A DNA stretch of 64,000 nt from Gammaproteobacteria bacterium (GCA_965209035.1 OZ242372.1:704001-768000); one strand, 5' to 3'; positions 20,562 to 31,638 are shown, numbered from the stretch's first letter. Program-made: numbers and translations. Notes: a model not told the origin generated them from the sequence alone.

Positions 20562-23500
20562 TTACCGGTCTTGTGCCGAAAGGCCACCCGGCAGGCAGTT
20601 CAGAGCCGGGTATTGGCTGCTCGTGCCGAGATCCCAGACGCGGATGAAACCGAGCGGTTGGGAAGAACTTTCCCTTTCCTCGCCGGTGTTCGGGTTGCAC
20701 CAGAAGTTGCCCCAGTCGGCATAAATATTGTCCGTCCCCGTGAAGTCGGTCGGCGATTGTAATTCCAGCATGGTCTTACCTCCACCGGGATGACCGGCAC
20801 CGATTGGCTGTCCGGTGGTTTCAGTATCCCAGTAGGAAGCAATGACATCGGTGCCACTATTGGTACGGCCGATCAATCCACCGACAGCATTTTCACCTGA
20901 AACAAGCCCGGGGGCGGCATAAGAATAATTAATTTGAGCTCCTATCCCACTCCCAACCAGGCCGCCAATCCCAACCAGGTCGCGAGCAGAAAGACTCCCC
21001 GCGCCCCCGGAAACACTTCCGCCGAGCACATAGGCATGGCGAATATCCGCATCCTCACCATACCCAACCAGGCCGCCAACATAATTATTTCCGGCAACAT
21101 AATTACTTCCGGAAACATCTCCGCCGGACACGGACGCATAGCCAATATCCGCATTCTCACCATCCCCAACCAGGCCGCCAACAGCAGTACTCCCGATAAC
21201 ACTCACACCGGACACGGACGCATAGCCAATATCCGCATTCTCACCATCCCCAACCAGGCCGCCAGCAGCAGTACTCCCGGAAACACTTCCGCCGGACACG
21301 GACGCATTGTGAATATCCGCATTAAGCCCCTGCCCAACCAGGCCGCCAGCAGCAATAGTCCCGATAACATTTCCGCCGGACACGGACGCATTGCGAATAT
21401 CCGCATTAAGCCCCTGCCCAACCAGGCCGCCAGCAACATTCCCGAAAACACTTCCGCCGGACATGAACGCATTGCGAATATCCGCATTAAGCCCCTGCCC
21501 AACCAGGCCGCCGGCAATATTCCCGGAAACACTTCCGCCGGACATGGACGCATTGCGAATATCCGCATTCCTACCATACCCAACCAGGCCGCCGGCAATA
21601 TTCCCGAAAAGACTTCCGCCGGACACGGACGCATTGCGAATATCCGCATGCTCACCATACCCAACCAGGCCGCCCACAGCGCCGCCCACAGCAGTGGCAC
21701 CGCCAATGACATCCGCATTCAAGAGATGCAAATTTTGGATCTCACCGGTTAAGGCACCAAACAACCCCACTCCATAGGCAGTATTGCTCGCAGAGATGAA
21801 CAGATCGACAATACGATAACCGCCGCCGTCAAAGATTCCGGTATAAGAGGTGCAATCATTCACAGAGGAACAAGAGCCGATCGGCTGCCAGCCGCTGCCG
21901 GTCGTCCAGACAGTCGGGTTGCCACTGCCCGCGGCATAGGAATCCGCATCACCAAAATTCAACGAGCGAGTCAGCTCATAACCCACACAGCCGCCGTCAT
22001 CGTCATCCGGGCAACCCATAGAACCCACAGAGGTGATCTCGGGGATACGGTCATCATCCGCCCCATCGCCGTTCAGATCATCGCGCAGCCGTGCCAAGTC
22101 ATCCAAAGTGTGGATCTCTATCAAGCCATTATTATCGTCATCCACATCCTCTGTCAAGATAGTATTCACACCGGTCGTGCAACCGGCAGATAATCTATCC
22201 GGCATGCCGTCCTCATCCGTATCGGTGCTCGCACAGGCATCCGTCACAAACGCATCGCCCGTATCCGCCACGCCATCATTGTCATCGTCCGAATCTTCAT
22301 CTGTGTCGCGACAGCCGTCACCGTCATGGTCCGCGGACGCATTGGAAGTCCAGCCGATAACACCGGTCGGACAAGTATCGTCCGTATCCGCCACGCCATC
22401 ATTGTCATCGTCCGAATCTTCATCTGTGTCGCGACAGCCGTCACCGTCATGGTCCGCGGACGCATTGGAAGTCCAGCCGGTAACACCGGTCGGGCAAGTA
22501 TCGGCCGTATCCGCCACGCCATCATTGTCATCGTCCGAATCTTCATCTGTGTCGCGACAGCCGTCACCGTCATGGTCCGCGGACGCATTGGAAGTCCAGC
22601 CGGTAACACCGGCCGGGCAAGTATCCGCAAGATCCGCCACATCGTCATTGTCATCGTCCGGATCTTCATCTGTGTCGCGACAGCCGTCACCGTCATGGTC
22701 CGCGGACGCATTGGAAGTCCAGCCGATAACACCGATCGGACAAGTATCGGCCGTATCCGCCACGCCATCATTGTCATCGTCCGGATCTTCTGTTAAGGTA
22801 GTATTCACACCGGTCGTGCAACCGGCAGATAATCTGTCCGGATTGCCGTCCTCATCCGTGTCGATGCTCGCACAGGCATCCGTCACAAACGCATCGTCCG
22901 GATCCGCCACGCCATCATTATCATCGTCCGAATCTTCATCTGTATCGCGACAGCCGTCACCGTCATGGTCCGCGGACGCATTGGAAGTCCAGCCGGTAAC
23001 ACCGGCCGGGCAAGTATCCGCAAGATCCGCCACATCGTCATTGTCATCGTCCGAATCTTCATCTGTGTCGCGACAGCCGTCACCGTCATGGTCCGCGGAC
23101 GCATTGGAAGTCCAGCCGGTAACACCAATCGGACAAGTATCCGCAAGATCCTCCACATCGTCATTGTCATCGTCCGAATCTTCATCTGTGTCGCGACAGC
23201 CGTCACCGTCATGGTCCGCGGACGCATTGGAAGTCCAGCCGGTAACACCGGTCGGACAAGTATCCGCAAGATCCTCCACATCGTCATTGTCATCGTCCGA
23301 ATCTTCATCTGTGTCGCGACAACCGTCACCGTCATGGTCCGCGGACGCATTGGAAGTCCAGCCGGTAACACCGGCCGGACAAGTATCATCCGTATCCGCC
23401 ACGCCATCATTGTCATCGTCCGAATCTTCATCTGTGTCGCGACAGCCGTCACCGTCATGGTCCGCGGACGCATTGGAAGTCCAGCCGGTAACACCAATCG

Positions 23501-26500
23501 GACAAGTATCCGCAAGATCCTCCACATCGTCATTGTCATCGTCCGAATCTTCATCTGTGTCGCGACAGCCGTCACCGTCATGGTCCGCGGACGCATTGGA
23601 AGCCCAGCCGGTAACACCGGCCGGGCAAGTATCCGCAAGATCCGCCACATCGTCATTGTCATCGTCCGAATCTTCATCTGTGTCGCGACAGCCGTCACCG
23701 TCATGGTCCGCGGACACATTGGAAGTCCAGCCGGTAACACCGATCGGGCAAGTATCGGCCGTATCCGCCACGCCATCATTGTCATCGTCCGAATCTTCAT
23801 CTGTGTCGCGACAGCCGTCACCATCATGGTCCGCGGACACATTGGAAGTCCAGCCGGTAACACCGATCGGGCAAGTATCGGCCGTATCCGCCACGCCATC
23901 ATTGTCATCGTCCGAATCTTCATCTGTGTCGCGACAGCCGTCACCATCATGGTCCGCGGACGCATTGGAAGTCCAGCCAGTAACACCGGTCGGACAAGTA
24001 TCCGCAAGATCATCCACATCGTCATTGTCATCGTCCGAATCTTCATCTGTGTCGCGACAGCCGTCACCGTCATGGTCCGCGGACGCATTGGAAGTCCAGC
24101 CAGTAACACCGGTCGGACAAGTATCCGCAAGATCCTTCACATCGTCATTATCATCGTCCGAATCTTCATCTGTGTCGCGACAGCCGTCACCGTCATGGTC
24201 CGCGGACGCATTGGAAGTCCAGCCGGTAACACCGGCCGGGCAAGTATCCGCAAGATCCTCCACATCGTCATTGTCATCGTCCGAATCTTCATCTGTGTCG
24301 CGACAGCCGTCACCATCATGGTCCGCGGACACATTGGAAGTCCAGCCGATAACACCGGTCGGACAAGTATCCGCAAGATCCTCCACACCGTCATTGTCAT
24401 CGTCCGAATCTTCATCTGTGTCGCGACAGCCGTCACCGTCATGGTCCGCGGACGCATTGGAAGTCCAGCCGGTAACACCGGCCGGACAAGTATCCGCAAG
24501 ATCCTCCACATCGTCATTGTCATCGTCCGAATCTTCATCTGTGTCGCGACAGCCGTCACCGTCATGGTCCGCGGACGCATTGGAAGTCCAGCCGGTAACA
24601 CCGGTCGGGCAAGTATCCGCAAGATCCTCCACATCGTCATTGTCATCGTCCGGATCTTCATCTGTGTCGCGACAGCCGTCACCGTCATGGTCCGCGGACA
24701 CATTGGAAGTCCAGCCAATCACACCGGTCGGGCAAGTATCCGCAAGATCCTCCACATCGTCATTGTCATCGTCCGAATCTTCATCTGTGTCGCGACAGCC
24801 GTCACCATCATGGTCCGCGGACGCATTGGAAGTCCAGCCGGTAACACCGGCCGGACAAGTATCCGTACTGTCTCCCAGACCATCATTGTCATCGTCCGGA
24901 TCTTCATCTGTGTCGCGACAGCCGTCCCCGTCATGGTCCGCGGACACATTGGAAGTCCAGCCGGTAACACCGGTCGGGCAAGTATCCGCAAGATCCTCCA
25001 CATCGTCATTGTCATCGTCCGGATCTTCATCTGTGTCGCGACAGCCGTCACCGTCATGGTCCGCGGACGCATTGGAAGTCCAGCCAATCACACCGGTCGG
25101 GCAAGTATCGGCCGTATCCGCCACGCCATCATTGTCATCGTCCGAATCTTCATCTGTGTCGCGACAGCCGTCACCATCATGGTCCGCGGACACATTGGAA
25201 GTCCAGCCGGTAACACCGGTCGGACAAGTATCGGCCGTATCCGCCACGCCATCATTGTCATCGTCCGGATCTTCATCTGTGTCGCGACAGCCATCACCGT
25301 CATGGTCCGCGGACGCATTGGAAGTCCAGCCGGTAACACCGGTCGGGCAAGTATCGGCCGTATCCGCCACGCCATCATTGTCATCGTCCGAATCTTCATC
25401 TGTGTCGCGACAGCCGTCACCGTCATGGTCCGCGGACGCATTGGAAGTCCAGCCGGTAACACCAGTCGGGCAAGTATCGGCCGTATCCGCCACATCGTCA
25501 TTGTCATCGTCCGGATCTTCATCTGTGTCGCGACAGCCGTCACCGTCATGATCCGCGGACACATTGGAAGTCCAGCCGGTAACACCGGTCGGACAAGTAT
25601 CGGCCGTATCCGCCACGCCATCATTGTCATCGTCCGAATCTTCATCTGTGTCGCGACAGCCGTCACCGTCATGGTCCGCGGACGCATTGGAAGTCCAGCC
25701 GGTAACACCGGTCGGACAAGTATCCGTACTGTCTCCCAGACCATCATTGTCATCGTCCGAATCTTCATCTGTGTCGCGACAACCGTCACCGTCATGGTCC
25801 GCGGACGCATTGGAAGTCCAGCCGGTAACACCGGTTGGGCAAGTATCCGCAAGATCATCCACATCGTCATTGTCATCGTCCGAATCTTCATCTGTGTCGC
25901 GACAGCCGTCACCGTCATGGTCCGCGGACGCATTGGAAGTCCAGCCAATCACACCGGTCGGGCAAGTATCCGCAAGATCATCCACATCGTCATTGTCATC
26001 GTCCGAATCTTCATCTGTGTCGCGACAGCCGTCACCATCATGGTCCGCGGACACATTGGAAGTCCAGCCGGTAACACCGGTCGGGCAAGTATCCGCAAGA
26101 TCATCCACATCGTCATTGTCATCGTCCGGATCTTCATCTGTGTCGCGACAGCCGTCACCATCATGGTCCGCGGACGCATTGGAAGTCCAGCCGGTAACAC
26201 CGGTCGGACAAGTATCCGCAAGATCATCCACGCCATCATTGTCATCGTCCGGATCTTCATCTGTGTCGCGACAGCCGTCACCATCATGGTCCGCGGACGC
26301 ATTGGAAGTCCAGCCGGTAACACCGGTCGGACAAGTATCCGCAAGATCCTCCACATCGTCATTGTCATCGTCCGGATCTTCATCTGTGTCGCGACAGCCA
26401 TCACTGTCATGGTCCGCGGACGCATTGGAAGTCCAGCCAATCACACCGGTCGGGCAAGTATCCGTACTGTCTCCCAGACCATCATTGTCATCGTCCGAAT

Positions 26501-28754
26501 CTTCATCTGTGTCGCGACAGCCGTCACCGTCATGGTCCGCGGACGCATTGGAAGTCCAGCCGGTAACACCGATCGGGCAAGTATCCGCAAGATCATCCAC
26601 ATCGTCATTGTCATCGTCCGAATCTTCATCTGTGTCGCGACAGCCGTCACCGTCATGGTCCGCGGACGCATTGGAAGTCCAGCCGGTAACACCGGCCGGG
26701 CAAGTATCCGCAAGATCCTCCACATCGTCATTGTCATCGTCCGAATCTTCATCTGTGTCGCGACAGCCGTCACCGTCATGGTCCGCGGACGCATTGGAAG
26801 TCCAGCCGGTAACACCGGCCGGGCAAGTATCCGCAAGATCCTCCACATCGTCATTGTCATCGTCCGAATCTTCATCTGTGTCGCGACAGCCGTCACCGTC
26901 ATGGTCCGCGGACGCATTGGAAGTCCAGCCGGTAACACCGGCCGGGCAAGTATCCGCAAGATCCTCCACATCGTCATTGTCATCGTCCGAATCTTCATCT
27001 GTGTCGCGACAGCCGTCACCGTCATGGTCCGCGGACGCATTGGAAGTCCAGCCGGTAACACCGGTCGGGCAAGTATCCGCAAGATCCTCCACACCGTCAT
27101 TGTCATCGTCCGGATCTTCATCTGTGTCGCGACAGCCGTCACCGTCATGGTCCGCGGACACATTGGAAGTCCAGCCAATCACACCGGTCGGGCAAGTATC
27201 CGCAAGATCCTCCACATCGTCATTGTCATCGTCCGAATCTTCATCTGTGTCGCGACAGCCGTCACCGTCATGGTCCGCGGACACATTGGAAGTCCAGCCG
27301 GTAACACCGGCCGGGCAAGTATCCGCAAGATCCTCCACATCGTCATTGTCATCGTCCAAGTCTTCTATTAAGGTAGTATTTGTGCAACCGACAATCAAAC
27401 TATCCGGCATGCCATCCTGATCCGTATCAAGGCTCGCACAGGCATCCGTCACAAACGCATCGTCCGCATCCGCCACGCCATCATTGTCATCGTCCGGATC
27501 TTCATCTGTGTCGCGACAGCCGTCACCGTCATGGTCCGCGGACACATTGGAAGTCCAGCCGGTAACACCGGCCGGACAAGTATCGACCGTATCCGCCACG
27601 CCATCATTGTCATCGTCCAAGTCTTCTATTAAAGTAGTATTTGTGCAACCGACAATCAAACTATCCGGCATACCATCCTGATCCGTATCGGTACTCGCAC
27701 AGACATCCGTCACAAACGCATCGTCCGGATCCGCCACGCCATCATCGTCATCGCCCGAATCTTCACCTGTGTCGCGACAGCCATCACCGTCATGGTCCGC
27801 GGACGCATTGGAAGTCCAGCCGGTAACACCGGCCGGACAAGTATCGTCCGTATCCGGCACGCCATCATTGTCATCGTCCGGATCTTCTGTTAAGGTAGTA
27901 TTCACACCGGTCGTGCAGCCGGCAGATAATCTGTCCGGATTGCCGTCCTCATCCGTATCGGTGCTCGCACAGGCATCCGTCACAAACGCATCGCCCGTAT
28001 CCGGCACGCCATCATTGTCATCATCCGGATCTTTCGTCAAGTCTGTTTGACAACCCGCAACCACACTATCCGGCTTGCCGTCATTATCCGTGTCGGTACT
28101 CGCACATGCATCCGTCGGAAACGCATCTACGTCATTCAAGGTATCATCATCGTCAATATCTGTGCCTACACCCGCATCCGCTCCCGTTGTACTTGACACA
28201 GGAGGTGAGGTCACGATAGTGCCGCTCTCATAACGCACCGCAATCGTGATGTTGTAGGCGATGTTATTGGTTAAGCTCGTAATGTTGTAGATGACCCGAG
28301 CAAGCGGCGAAACATCCGCCATGGTAGAATTAAGTTCTTTTCTGCCGCCATCGCTCGCATCGTCACTGCGTGTGGTAATAACGAACCTGTCGATATTATC
28401 CGGAGCCGGATTAGTCCAACCCACAAGAATATAATCCGCACCGGCCAGAGTCTGGATATTGGAAACAGCCGGGGAATTCTGCGGAGCGGGATCGCCACCG
28501 CCACCGATGCTGCCGCCGCCACCGATGCTGCCGCTGCCGCCGCTGCCACAACCTGTCAGGACCAAACTGAACATACCCGCCAGCAGCACACCGTAAAAAC
28601 TAGCCGGTATGCACATCCGTCGTGCCCTATTGGGTTCGGGGAAAGCCTTTTTAAAGGCATTAAGAGTATTAAGGAGACGCACAGATACCGCCCCTCTTTG
28701 TTCGCGGCGCATTGCTTTCGCCGACCGCACAGGAAAAAAGTGTAACTGATTCAT
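20562..28754 (-). CDS. Giant lipoprotein adhesin-like paralog 3 (2730 aa; FN3, about 42 Asp/Cys-rich 41-aa repeats, GLUG repeats)
   Basis: Uninterrupted ORF; lipobox LVLTGC; repeat DDDNDDVEDLADTCPTGVTGWTSNASADHDGDGCRDTDEDS; same N- and C-terminal domains as paralog 2. Confidence 0.9.
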   Translation of the reverse strand: MNQLHFFPVRSAKAMRREQRGAVSVRLLNTLNAFKKAFPEPNRARRMCIPASFYGVLLAGMFSLVLTGCGSGGSGSIGGGGSIGGGGDPAPQNSPAVSNIQTLAGADYILVGWTNPAPDNIDRFVITTRSDDASDGGRKELNSTMADVSPLARVIYNITSLTNNIAYNITIAVRYESGTIVTSPPVSSTTGADAGVGTDIDDDDTLNDVDAFPTDACASTDTDNDGKPDSVVAGCQTDLTKDPDDDNDGVPDTGDAFVTDACASTDTDEDGNPDRLSAGCTTGVNTTLTEDPDDDNDGVPDTDDTCPAGVTGWTSNASADHDGDGCRDTGEDSGDDDDGVADPDDAFVTDVCASTDTDQDGMPDSLIVGCTNTTLIEDLDDDNDGVADTVDTCPAGVTGWTSNVSADHDGDGCRDTDEDPDDDNDGVADADDAFVTDACASLDTDQDGMPDSLIVGCTNTTLIEDLDDDNDDVEDLADTCPAGVTGWTSNVSADHDGDGCRDTDEDSDDDNDDVEDLADTCPTGVIGWTSNVSADHDGDGCRDTDEDPDDDNDGVEDLADTCPTGVTGWTSNASADHDGDGCRDTDEDSDDDNDDVEDLADTCPAGVTGWTSNASADHDGDGCRDTDEDSDDDNDDVEDLADTCPAGVTGWTSNASADHDGDGCRDTDEDSDDDNDDVEDLADTCPAGVTGWTSNASADHDGDGCRDTDEDSDDDNDDVDDLADTCPIGVTGWTSNASADHDGDGCRDTDEDSDDDNDGLGDSTDTCPTGVIGWTSNASADHDSDGCRDTDEDPDDDNDDVEDLADTCPTGVTGWTSNASADHDGDGCRDTDEDPDDDNDGVDDLADTCPTGVTGWTSNASADHDGDGCRDTDEDPDDDNDDVDDLADTCPTGVTGWTSNVSADHDGDGCRDTDEDSDDDNDDVDDLADTCPTGVIGWTSNASADHDGDGCRDTDEDSDDDNDDVDDLADTCPTGVTGWTSNASADHDGDGCRDTDEDSDDDNDGLGDSTDTCPTGVTGWTSNASADHDGDGCRDTDEDSDDDNDGVADTADTCPTGVTGWTSNVSADHDGDGCRDTDEDPDDDNDDVADTADTCPTGVTGWTSNASADHDGDGCRDTDEDSDDDNDGVADTADTCPTGVTGWTSNASADHDGDGCRDTDEDPDDDNDGVADTADTCPTGVTGWTSNVSADHDGDGCRDTDEDSDDDNDGVADTADTCPTGVIGWTSNASADHDGDGCRDTDEDPDDDNDDVEDLADTCPTGVTGWTSNVSADHDGDGCRDTDEDPDDDNDGLGDSTDTCPAGVTGWTSNASADHDGDGCRDTDEDSDDDNDDVEDLADTCPTGVIGWTSNVSADHDGDGCRDTDEDPDDDNDDVEDLADTCPTGVTGWTSNASADHDGDGCRDTDEDSDDDNDDVEDLADTCPAGVTGWTSNASADHDGDGCRDTDEDSDDDNDGVEDLADTCPTGVIGWTSNVSADHDGDGCRDTDEDSDDDNDDVEDLADTCPAGVTGWTSNASADHDGDGCRDTDEDSDDDNDDVKDLADTCPTGVTGWTSNASADHDGDGCRDTDEDSDDDNDDVDDLADTCPTGVTGWTSNASADHDGDGCRDTDEDSDDDNDGVADTADTCPIGVTGWTSNVSADHDGDGCRDTDEDSDDDNDGVADTADTCPIGVTGWTSNVSADHDGDGCRDTDEDSDDDNDDVADLADTCPAGVTGWASNASADHDGDGCRDTDEDSDDDNDDVEDLADTCPIGVTGWTSNASADHDGDGCRDTDEDSDDDNDGVADTDDTCPAGVTGWTSNASADHDGDGCRDTDEDSDDDNDDVEDLADTCPTGVTGWTSNASADHDGDGCRDTDEDSDDDNDDVEDLADTCPIGVTGWTSNASADHDGDGCRDTDEDSDDDNDDVADLADTCPAGVTGWTSNASADHDGDGCRDTDEDSDDDNDGVADPDDAFVTDACASIDTDEDGNPDRLSAGCTTGVNTTLTEDPDDDNDGVADTADTCPIGVIGWTSNASADHDGDGCRDTDEDPDDDNDDVADLADTCPAGVTGWTSNASADHDGDGCRDTDEDSDDDNDGVADTADTCPTGVTGWTSNASADHDGDGCRDTDEDSDDDNDGVADTDDTCPTGVIGWTSNASADHDGDGCRDTDEDSDDDNDGVADTGDAFVTDACASTDTDEDGMPDRLSAGCTTGVNTILTEDVDDDNNGLIEIHTLDDLARLRDDLNGDGADDDRIPEITSVGSMGCPDDDDGGCVGYELTRSLNFGDADSYAAGSGNPTVWTTGSGWQPIGSCSSVNDCTSYTGIFDGGGYRIVDLFISASNTAYGVGLFGALTGEIQNLHLLNADVIGGATAVGGAVGGLVGYGEHADIRNASVSGGSLFGNIAGGLVGYGRNADIRNASMSGGSVSGNIAGGLVGQGLNADIRNAFMSGGSVFGNVAGGLVGQGLNADIRNASVSGGNVIGTIAAGGLVGQGLNADIHNASVSGGSVSGSTAAGGLVGDGENADIGYASVSGVSVIGSTAVGGLVGDGENADIGYASVSGGDVSGSNYVAGNNYVGGLVGYGEDADIRHAYVLGGSVSGGAGSLSARDLVGIGGLVGSGIGAQINYSYAAPGLVSGENAVGGLIGRTNSGTDVIASYWDTETTGQPIGAGHPGGGKTMLELQSPTDFTGTDNIYADWGNFWCNPNTGEERESSSQPLGFIRVWDLGTSSQYPALNCLPGGLSAQDR
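22270..27880. repeat. 123-bp coding tandem repeat (about 42 units; longest uninterrupted block about 36 units at 22920-27360)
   Basis: Periodic CTTCATCTGTGTCGCGACAGCCGTCACCGTCATGGTCCGCGGAC(G/A)CATTGGAAGTCCAGCC; counts estimated from span divided by 123. Confidence 0.95.
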
Positions 28755-28770
28755 TACTTTCTATTGTTTA

Positions 28771-29475
28771 GGGGCTAGACTAATTGAGGGGTCTTTTTCT
28801 TAACAATTTTAACATGACTTGATAGAAGTTTTCGTTCCGGTGATTGAAACGGAACTCGCATTCTTTCAAGTGCAACAAACCAGACACGTCTTGGTATAAC
28901 TCCAAAAGATTTCTATCCCATTGATGTAATTCGTTCCCACAGCAAACTCCTTGTCTCCATGACGAACCAGATAATGTTTCTTATAAACCATATCGATCAA
29001 TCCATTATAACCCTTCCGGCTATCCGTGCGGATGATACTATCCTCACCGACACGACCACGAATCACGCGTAATAACCGGCTTTTTGAGCAGTCCGGCACA
29101 ATCTCCGCAGACACTTTGCCACCGCGTTTGAGCACACCAACGACAATGGTCTTGCTGCCGGCACCGCGACCACGAGGAGCGGGAATACGTTTTCGTCCAA
29201 AATAACTCTCATCCACTTCAAATTCACCACAGGATGTTTTTTGACAGCGACAGGCCCCCGCCAGCCGTTGCCGGAACATCATCAAATATTTGTTCACCGC
29301 ATTACGATTCAATCCGGTCAGTATTGCTATCTTATTGGCCTCAAGATCCGGGGCAAATAGCTTGATCATCTGCCAAAATTTCCGCTCCAAGATTCTGAAA
29401 CGGAAAACATACCGGTTTTTCCTTGTATTTACTGGCATTTATGCTCATATTTTACCTCTCAATTAGTCTAGCCCC
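28771..29475 (-). mobile_element. IS1595-family, IS1016-like insertion sequence (705 bp)
   Basis: Terminal inverted repeats GGGGCTAGACTAATTGAG / CTCAATTAGTCTAGCCCC enclosing the transposase. Confidence 0.9.
28780..29438 (-). pseudogene. IS1595/ISXO2-like DDE transposase, frameshifted near the C-terminus
   Basis: EVDESYFG, RGRGA..KT.V.G, TD...YNGL, INGIE.FW; the expected tail LHLKECEFRFNHR...RKRPLN* is in a different frame. Confidence 0.85.
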
Positions 29476-29529
29476 TTATTTTTTGAGCATCACTCAACCA
29501 TTATTATAACTTTAATTTCCAAAATCATG

Positions 29530-29612
29530 TGTATCATGCATATCATTCCACCCATTTCCGGACTTTTGTTGTTTTTGTAAAAATTGGATCGGCGAGAGTT
29601 GTTTGTGAGCAT
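29530..29612 (-). mobile_element. IS481-like right-end fragment (copy 5, degenerate tip)
   Basis: CCACCCATTTCCGGACTTTTGTTGTTTTTGTAAAAATTGGATCGGCGAGAGTTGTTTGTG. Confidence 0.6.
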
Positions 29613-29851
29613 CGCGGGGATCTGCTAAATGATATCAACGCATCCCTCTCATTTCAAATCCGCAGGGCAGCCGCACCCGCACCCGTATAGCGCACTGTGT
29701 CGCAAGCGAGAGTGCCGCGACAGATTTTGAACAACAGGCCGCCGCCCGCACCGCGGAGACCGGAGTAGTTGGCAGTCCGGCTTACTCGCCTTATATTTTT
29801 ATTCTTGCGGCACTTGAACCCGGCACCCTCCTGTTTGCGGGTTCCTTAATA
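29612..29851. repeat. Second copy of the duplicated non-coding element
   Basis: Near-identical to 20056-20301, with one fewer GCACCC unit. Confidence 0.8.
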
Positions 29852-31638
29852 AGTTGAGGGAAAAACGCGTATCAGCCAGCATAAAAGACCCGGGTGCCCG
29901 CCAATAGATTTCGAATAATAGATGATGAGAGGCAGAGGCTAAGAAGAAGTTGGAAGTTGGGCGAGCAGTCGTCTTATTTGTCGTGCTCTGCCCTGCCTCG
30001 TCCTGTCCCGCCCCGATCTGCCGGTCCGTTCCGGGGCTTCCCTCTTGCCGGCCTCTCTTACCGGTCTTGTGCCGAGAGGCCGCCCGGCAGGCAATTCAGA
30101 GCCGGGTATTGGCTGCTCATGCCGAGATCCCAGACGCGGATGAAACCGGGCGGTTGGGAAGAACTTGTCATTTCCTCGCCGGTGTCCGGATCACACCAGA
30201 AGTTACCCCAGTCGGCATAGATGCTCCCGGCAAAATCGGTCGGCGATTGCAAGTCTGTCGTGTTATGACCCTCGCCAAAATTACCGGCACTCATAGGCCG
30301 CTTGGTGGTTTGATTGTCCCAATAGGTGGCAGTGACGACGGTGTCACCATCGGTGCTGCCGATCAATCCACCGACAGTACCGGAACCTGAAACAGGCCCG
30401 GGGGCGGCATAAGAATAATTAATTTGAGCTCTTGCCCCCTTCCCAACCAGGCCGCCAGCAGCAGCACGATTCCCGCTGCCCCCGGAAACAATTCCGCCGC
30501 GCACATAGGCATGGCGAATATCCGCATCCTCACCATTCCCAACCAGGCCACCAACAGAAGAACCAAAGGAAACATCCACACCGAACACGAACGCATAGCG
30601 AATATCCACATCCTCACCATTCCCAACCAGGCCGCCGGCAACATTCCCGGAAACACTTCCACCGGACACGGACGCATAGCGAATATCCGCATTCCCACCA
30701 TCCCCAACCAGGCCGCCGGCAACATTCCCGGAAACACTTCCGCCGGACACGGACGCATTGCGAATATCCGCATCCTCACCATTCCCAACCAGGCCACCGG
30801 CAACATCCCCGATAACACTTCCGCCGGACACGGACGCATGGCGAATATCCGCATCCTCACCATACCCAACCAGGCCACCGGCAACATTCCCGAAAACACT
30901 TCCGCCGGACACGGACGCATTGCGAATATCCGCATTCCTACCATCCCCAACCAGGCCGCCCACAGCGCCGCCCACAACAGCGGTATCGCCACTGACATCC
31001 GCATTCAAGAGATGCAGATTTTGGATCTCACCGGTTAAGGCACCAAACAACCCCACTCCATAGGCAGTATTGTTCGCAGAGATGAACAGATCGGCAATAC
31101 GATAACCGACGCCGTCAAAGATTCCGGTATAAGAGGTGCAAACATCCACAGCGGAACAAGAGCCGATCGGCTGCCAGCCGCTGCCACTGAGATTCGTCCA
31201 AACAACTTGGTTGCCACTGCCCTCGGCATAGAAATCCGCATCACCAAAATTCAACGAGCGAGTCAGCTCATAACCCACACAGCCGCCGTCATCGTCATCC
31301 GGATCCGGGCAGCCCATAGAGCCCACAGAGGTGATCTCGGGGATACGGTCATCATCCTCACCATCGCCGTTCAGATCATCGCGCAGCCGCGCCAAGTCAT
31401 CCAAAGTGTGGATCTCTATCAAGCCATTATTATTGTCATCCACATCCTCATCGTCATCCCGACAACCGTCACGATCATCGTCCGTCCCCGCCGAAGAAGT
31501 CCAGCCAATCACACCGCGCGGACAAGTATCCGCAAGATCCTCCACACCGTCATTGTCATCATCTTCATCACAGGCATCACCGTCGTCATCCGCATTGTCC
31601 GTGTTGGCTTGGTCCGCATTGGCAACCAACGGGCAATT

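Noticed and set aside
22033-27420. Very long plus-strand ORFs (1172, 1468 and 618 aa) and alternative-frame minus ORFs over the giant gene
   Set aside because: Shadows of a stop-free 123-bp repeat and biased codons; low-complexity products, interrupted at single repeat variants, with no independent domains.
22270-27880. 123-bp periodic array as a CRISPR array
   Set aside because: No unique spacers; the whole unit repeats in frame within a protein; no cas genes in the window.
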